A stretch of 64,000 nucleotides of DNA from an uncultured Lichenihabitans sp. Lineage in GTDB: Bacteria; Pseudomonadota; Alphaproteobacteria; Rhizobiales; Beijerinckiaceae. The stretch's first letter is position 1; each line of letters starts with the position of its first letter. The stretch lies in the NCBI GenBank assembly GCA_964245215.1, contig CAXTME010000006.1, positions 7,845 to 71,844 of the forward strand, given 5' to 3'. Below the pieces are notes generated by a model. That model did not search any database and was not told where the DNA came from. It saw only the letters and a program-made list of their open reading frames with translations. The translations under genes were made by a program, and so were the position numbers. Below, one piece after another: positions 59,528 through 64,000 of the stretch.

Positions 59528-59812
59528 CTATGGGGTGTATTTGTACCAATCCGATCGCACTTCCTGGACCGAGATCTCCTCCGCGTCTCGGCCGATCGCA
59601 ACGAGGTAGTCCTTTTCCCCTTGCCGAACCTCGTACACCTGGCCAACAGTCGGCCACATCCCCGACCGCGGCTTCGAAACGTCCGGTAGATTGCCGAGCG
59701 CCAGCACGCGCTCGACGATTTCGGCCGGCGGCAGGCCGAATGGATCTTCGACGCCGAGCACGTCGACCAGGATTTCTCGGCCTTGGCCGGAAAAGTAGTT
59801 GTAGAAAACCAT
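59528..59812 (-). CDS. Hypothetical protein, tandem paralog B
   Basis: gagg RBS before ATG 59812; co-linear with paralog A. Confidence 0.85.
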   Translation of the reverse strand: MVFYNYFSGQGREILVDVLGVEDPFGLPPAEIVERVLALGNLPDVSKPRSGMWPTVGQVYEVRQGEKDYLVAIGRDAEEISVQEVRSDWYKYTP

Positions 59813-60093
59813 GATCGACCTCGTGCTTCGAAACCTGTTTTCAAGCTTTAGCACTCAGTTATCGACCGCGTCCGATATATGAGCTCCTTCGCGTATGGCT
59901 ACTTCCGCGACATAGGGTGCGTCAACGTTAGTTCTGCCGGCTGCAAAATTGCTTGTAAACCTGTTATACAACGCTTGCGGCGTTCTGGCTGTATTCTCTC
60001 GGTTGGAATGTTTTTCCCTAGACTTGGGCCGGCATTTGGATCGGTTTCTTTTAGGGTCTGGGTGACGGGCGTCTGCGCCTGCAGGATGAAGCT

Positions 60094-60354
60094 ATGGACG
60101 CCAAAACACGCTCCTTTTCCACTGCGGCTGCTCGGGAGGCAGGTCTGGCGAAACGGCACGAAAGCGCTCTGCTGACCAAAGACAAGATGGCTGCCGAGCT
60201 CTTCGTTGTTCGCTGTCCCCTGCCAAGCTTGCCGTTTGGTTGGGAGACACGTCGCTACGGCAGTATCGTCCTGAGTAAGAGCGAACACGGATATGAGACG
60301 ATCGCGGAGGCGCGTGCCGCAGGACAGCTGACAATATCGCCCAACGACTGCTGA
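60094..60354 (+). CDS. Small hypothetical protein (paralog of 35604..35870)
   Basis: agga RBS; shared AAREA.LA.R and FVVR.P.P...FGWE.RR.G.IVL..SE.GY....AR.AG. Confidence 0.8.
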   Translation: MDAKTRSFSTAAAREAGLAKRHESALLTKDKMAAELFVVRCPLPSLPFGWETRRYGSIVLSKSEHGYETIAEARAAGQLTISPNDC

Positions 60355-60533
60355 ATATGACTGCGACCGGATCGTACAGGCCGACTGCAGGACAGAAGGC
60401 GTAGAGCTTCCCGGTAGCCGAGCAGCTCAGGTCGACGCATTACACGACGTACACGGTCCGGTCAGGGCCCTCGCCGAAGCGGCCGCCGATCGCGCCGTCT
60501 CGCTCTCCGCGCCGAGCCGCTTATGAATACGGC

Positions 60534-60558
60534 GGACCTTTAACGGTAGCCTATCGTT
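60534..60558 (+). promoter_or_regulatory. Possible EcfG-type promoter
   Basis: GGACC-N16-CGTT (one mismatch to GGAAC-N16-CGTT) upstream of the DUF6894-Crp pair. Confidence 0.4.
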
Positions 60559-60631
60559 GAGACGTATCGTCGGTACGTTTTCGGACACGACGGCTGAGAG
60601 TGGCTTGCGCTCCCCCGAACCGGAGAGCGGC

Positions 60632-60904
60632 ATGCGTCGTTATTTTTTTCACATCTACGATGGTCGCACAATGCCCGACGAGAGGGGCACTGAACTCCTC
60701 GACGTCAACGCAGCTCGAAAGGAAGCACTGCAGGTAGCGGAAGGGCTGATCGAAAATGCTGCCTTGAGAAAAAGTCGTGGCGAGGAATGGCGGACTGCAG
60801 TTCCCAGTGCAGCGGACACCTTCTTATTTCGCATGGACACTCGATCGGCAGAACTGGAGATAGAACCTTCTCCTGCTGCTTTGGCCCGAAGAGGTGGGCT
60901 ATGA
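60632..60904 (+). CDS. DUF6894 family protein
   Basis: MRRYFFHIYDG...D..G.EL.D..AAR.EA......W...V.......LF pattern. Confidence 0.82.
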   Translation: MRRYFFHIYDGRTMPDERGTELLDVNAARKEALQVAEGLIENAALRKSRGEEWRTAVPSAADTFLFRMDTRSAELEIEPSPAALARRGGL

Positions 60905-61659
60905 CCGGACCCGGACAAGCAACCGTTCGCAACTGCCTCCTCAAGGGACTGTCACCCGAGGATTTCGATCTACTCTCCCTGGTGCGTGTTGCGCTTCCCG
61001 TGAAGCTGGTGCTGGTTGAGCCGAACGTACCGATCGAGTTCCTTTACTTCATGGAACGCGGCATGACGTCGATCACGACCGACACGTCGGCGGGTCAGAT
61101 CGAGATCGGCATGATCGGTCGAGAGGGATTGGTGGCGGCGTCGCCCGTGATCCTCGGTGTCGATCGCAGCCTGCACTGCCATTTCGTTCAGATGCCGGGA
61201 GAAGGGCTGAGGATCACGACAGAGGATCTGCTCGCGGCCGTCGAGCAAAGCTCGTCCCTGAAGCTCCTGCTGATGCGTGCGGTCCATGCTCTCATGAACC
61301 AGATGGCACAGACGGCTTTCGCCAATGCGGTCTGCACGATCGAGATCCGCCTGGCACGTTGGCTGCTGATGTGTCGTGATCGGGCTGAGGGGGACGAGAT
61401 GATCCTCACCCACGAGTTCCTGGCGGAGATGCTCGGCGTACGCCGTCCCGGCGTTTCGGTCGCGACCCAGATCCTCGAAGGTGAACACCTCATCAGGGCC
61501 AGGCGAGGCCGCATCACCATTCTCGACCGGGTCGGACTGAAAGCCCTGGCAGGCGAAAGCTACGGCTTGCCTTTGCTACCAGATGAACAGTTTCTGGAGG
61601 CAACGCCGGCTCATCAACCCTCAGGTCATTCCAGCGCATTGCTTCAGTGCAGCATTTAG
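60901..61659 (+). CDS. Crp/Fnr family transcriptional regulator
   Basis: NCLLKGL, EIGMIGREG cNMP-fold, RLARWLLM.RDR, LTHEFLAEMLGVRRPGV HTH; ATGA overlap with the upstream gene. Confidence 0.93.
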   Translation: MTGPGQATVRNCLLKGLSPEDFDLLSLVRVALPVKLVLVEPNVPIEFLYFMERGMTSITTDTSAGQIEIGMIGREGLVAASPVILGVDRSLHCHFVQMPGEGLRITTEDLLAAVEQSSSLKLLLMRAVHALMNQMAQTAFANAVCTIEIRLARWLLMCRDRAEGDEMILTHEFLAEMLGVRRPGVSVATQILEGEHLIRARRGRITILDRVGLKALAGESYGLPLLPDEQFLEATPAHQPSGHSSALLQCSI

Positions 61660-61715
61660 CGACAAGCAGGCAATCTGGTAGGCGACCATGATGCTCGCCA
61701 TCGAAGCAAACGTCG

Positions 61716-63152
61716 TCATCGCCCAGCGGCTGGTGATACGGTCGCGACCGAGGCGGCTCCTTGGATGCTAGCCCAAAAGGCGAGAAGGCCATCCACAGCC
61801 AGTCGCGCTTCGGCCGAAATCTCGCGCACGCCGGTCAATTCGCCGAATGCCGATCGCGCCAGCGTGCCGCCAAGCAGAAGGTCGGGCTGTGCCGTGCCGG
61901 TCGCGTCGATCGCCCGGCCCTGGCGATCCGCTTCAGGCCCAACGCCTGCCTCATCCGCACGGACCAACCCGCGACGTGTCAGCGATCTCCAGAACGGATC
62001 CGTGCGGGTCAACGTCGCGTAAGACGGCCCCGTGCAATTGACGATGACATCAAACATCTCGCGACGCATGGACTCCAGGCTACCGCCACGTGGCTGAAGA
62101 TCGACCTCGACTGCCGAGCCCAACGGCCGGACTTGTCTCAACCGTGCAGCCAGAACCTGCAGCCCGCCGCTGCGTCGCTCCTCGGCGATCATGTCGTAGA
62201 CCGGTCCCGCCATGATGTGCCGATGAACCTCGTAGTAGAGGCGGAGGTGGCGGACGAAACAGCGACGTTGGACTTCGGGGAGCGCCGCCCAGAGCGACCA
62301 TGCCTCCCGCCGGGCCGCGGCCAGGACGGCGTACCAGGATGAGCCGGCGGCAACGGCGCGCCGCACCTCGGCGCGAAACAGGCGCAGCAGGCCCAGCGCG
62401 GTCGAAGGCGGCTGCCGGAAGTCACCGAACGGCTCCACCGCGGAGGCGAGGCCGCGACGTGAGATTTGGCCGCGACGCGAGATCGCGACGATCTCGCCGG
62501 TGTGGCCGGATGCGCGCAGGACCGCGACGGTGTCGCCCATCGTGAGGCCCGTGCCGATGATCAGCACGCGGGCGTGGTTCGGCACCTCGGCGAGCACCTT
62601 CGGAGCCCAAGGATCCGCGATACATTGAGCGACACCGGAAACCGACGTCAGCACGTCCGGCAGTTGTGGAGCGGGATTTCCGGTCGCGAGCACGACGGCG
62701 TCGGCCGCGAAACTTTGGGCGTTCGTCTCGACCACGAAACCGTCCGCCGTCCGCGCGACGTGCCGGGCGTGCTGCTGGACATGCAGCAGCAGAATGTCCG
62801 GCCTACTCGCCGATGCCCGTTTCAGCAGCTCCCCGATATACTCGCCGAAGAGCCAGCGACGGGGGTAGACGTCGCGTTCGTCTCCTGTCGGGCGATCGCC
62901 ATGGTGCCCGATCCAGCGAGCGAACGCGGCGGGGTCGTCCGGATCGACGCTCATGCTCGCCGCCGGAACGTTCGTGACGTGAGACGCTTCGGGGCCCGAA
63001 TAGGCGACGCCGGCGCCGAGCCGCATCCTCGGCTCCAGTATCGTAATCTCCAGTGGCACCCTGGCCAGTCGCAAGAGGTGGACGACGAAGAGGACGCCGG
63101 CGAGCCCGCCGCCGACCACGACGACGGAACGGGACGGGTTGGTATCGGTCAT
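61716..63152 (-). CDS. FAD/NAD(P)-binding class B flavoprotein monooxygenase-like protein
   Basis: VVGGGLAG, G.GVAYS, NVPAASMS, VLATGN, IIGTGLTMGD, IVNCTGP. Confidence 0.88.
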   Translation of the reverse strand: MTDTNPSRSVVVVGGGLAGVLFVVHLLRLARVPLEITILEPRMRLGAGVAYSGPEASHVTNVPAASMSVDPDDPAAFARWIGHHGDRPTGDERDVYPRRWLFGEYIGELLKRASASRPDILLLHVQQHARHVARTADGFVVETNAQSFAADAVVLATGNPAPQLPDVLTSVSGVAQCIADPWAPKVLAEVPNHARVLIIGTGLTMGDTVAVLRASGHTGEIVAISRRGQISRRGLASAVEPFGDFRQPPSTALGLLRLFRAEVRRAVAAGSSWYAVLAAARREAWSLWAALPEVQRRCFVRHLRLYYEVHRHIMAGPVYDMIAEERRSGGLQVLAARLRQVRPLGSAVEVDLQPRGGSLESMRREMFDVIVNCTGPSYATLTRTDPFWRSLTRRGLVRADEAGVGPEADRQGRAIDATGTAQPDLLLGGTLARSAFGELTGVREISAEARLAVDGLLAFWASIQGAASVATVSPAAGR

Positions 63153-64000
63153 TCGGCCGATCCGGTTGCTGCAGCACCCTGCCCCGCAGCACGTGTCCCG
63201 GCCCACCGGTATCGCGTCGCGGGATGGGTTGCGTCGAGCCGGGCGTGGCCGAACAGCTTGTCCCGCAGGGTGCCTTCGGCATATCGGCGCTTGTAGCGGC
63301 CGCGCCGCTGCAGTTCGGGTACGAGGAGATCGACGATGGTCACGAAGGTCTCGGGCCTGACCGCGAAGGTCAGGTTGAAACCATCGAGACCGGTATCGTC
63401 GATCCACGCCTCGAGCTGGTCGGCGACGGTCGAGGGCGAGCCGACCAGGACCGGGCCGATGCCGCCGATCGAGACGTGCTCGGCGACCTCGCGCACGGTC
63501 CAGCTTCGGTCGGGATCGGCACGCGTGATGTTTTCCAGGGCCGTGCGGCCGGCGTCGTTCTCGACGTGCTGCACCGTCGCGTCGGGGTCGAGCGTCGAGA
63601 AGTCGATGCCGGTCCAGCCCGACATGAGCGTCAGCGCCCCGACCGGATCGGCATAGCGCCGGTAGTCGGCGAGAAGCGCCTGCGCTTCTGCGTCCGTCGG
63701 CGCGACGATGGTGGTCATTATGCCGAAAATCTTCACTGCGCCGGGGTCACGGCCCGCCGCCCGCACCGCGGCCCGCACGGCTGCGACGCGCGGAGCGATG
63801 ACCTGCTTCGACGGTCCCGACATGAACACGCATTCGGCGTGGCGCCCCGCGAAGGCACGGCCGGCCGGCGAGGTTCCGGCCTGGTAGAGCACCGGCGTAC
63901 GCTGCGGCGAGGGTTCGCAGAGGTGGATGGCGTCGAGCTTGTAGTGGGGGCCGTGGTGGCGCACGCGGCGTACGCCCTCCGGCCGGGTAAAGACGCCAGC
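63149..64000 (-). CDS. LLM-class FMN-dependent monooxygenase (NtaA/DmoA/DszA family), 5' end outside window
   Basis: PSPQRTPVLYQAG.S..GRAFA.RHAECVF, VGSP..VAD.LE.W....G.DGFN, VP.LQRRG, GTLR..L; 4-nt overlap with the downstream gene. Confidence 0.92.
   Translation of the reverse strand, partial: AGVFTRPEGVRRVRHHGPHYKLDAIHLCEPSPQRTPVLYQAGTSPAGRAFAGRHAECVFMSGPSKQVIAPRVAAVRAAVRAAGRDPGAVKIFGIMTTIVAPTDAEAQALLADYRRYADPVGALTLMSGWTGIDFSTLDPDATVQHVENDAGRTALENITRADPDRSWTVREVAEHVSIGGIGPVLVGSPSTVADQLEAWIDDTGLDGFNLTFAVRPETFVTIVDLLVPELQRRGRYKRRYAEGTLRDKLFGHARLDATHPATRYRWAGTRAAGQGAAATGSAE

Overview
GC-rich alphaproteobacterial (Hyphomicrobiales-type; taxon inferred from gene content) chromosomal window. About 1-31.8 kb is mostly core: RND permease (truncated by the window edge), dusA, tRNA-Gly(GCC), kup, a three-gene glycosyltransferase cluster abutting selD, tRNA-Leu-tig-clpP-clpX-lon, a Tat-exported multicopper-oxidase-like protein lacking most Cu ligands, nnr, glnB-glnA, glpX and hom. 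About 31.8-61.7 kb is a mosaic accessory region with AT-richer spacers. It holds general-stress genes (YciF-like, DUF3309, DUF4142, Zn-ADH, SDRs, GlgM-type glucosyltransferase, a catalase-like fusion), several preceded by EcfG/RpoE2-type promoter motifs. It also holds exported hydrolases, gene relics (SDRs, MucR, GST, an IS630 fragment) and many small unknown proteins. The window ends in a FAD-monooxygenase/LLM-monooxygenase pair. The best candidates for undescribed biology are: a tandem pair of ~48% identical unknown proteins (59.2-59.8 kb) in a small-protein cassette; a dispersed pair of ~54% identical unknown small proteins (35.6 and 60.1 kb); a membrane-domain/catalase-like fusion; a pepsin-like DUF3443 protein; a copper-less MCO; and the glycosyltransferase trio next to selD. 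I saw no CRISPR array, rRNA, integrase or intact transposase. All family assignments are from motif recognition by eye; no database searches were run.
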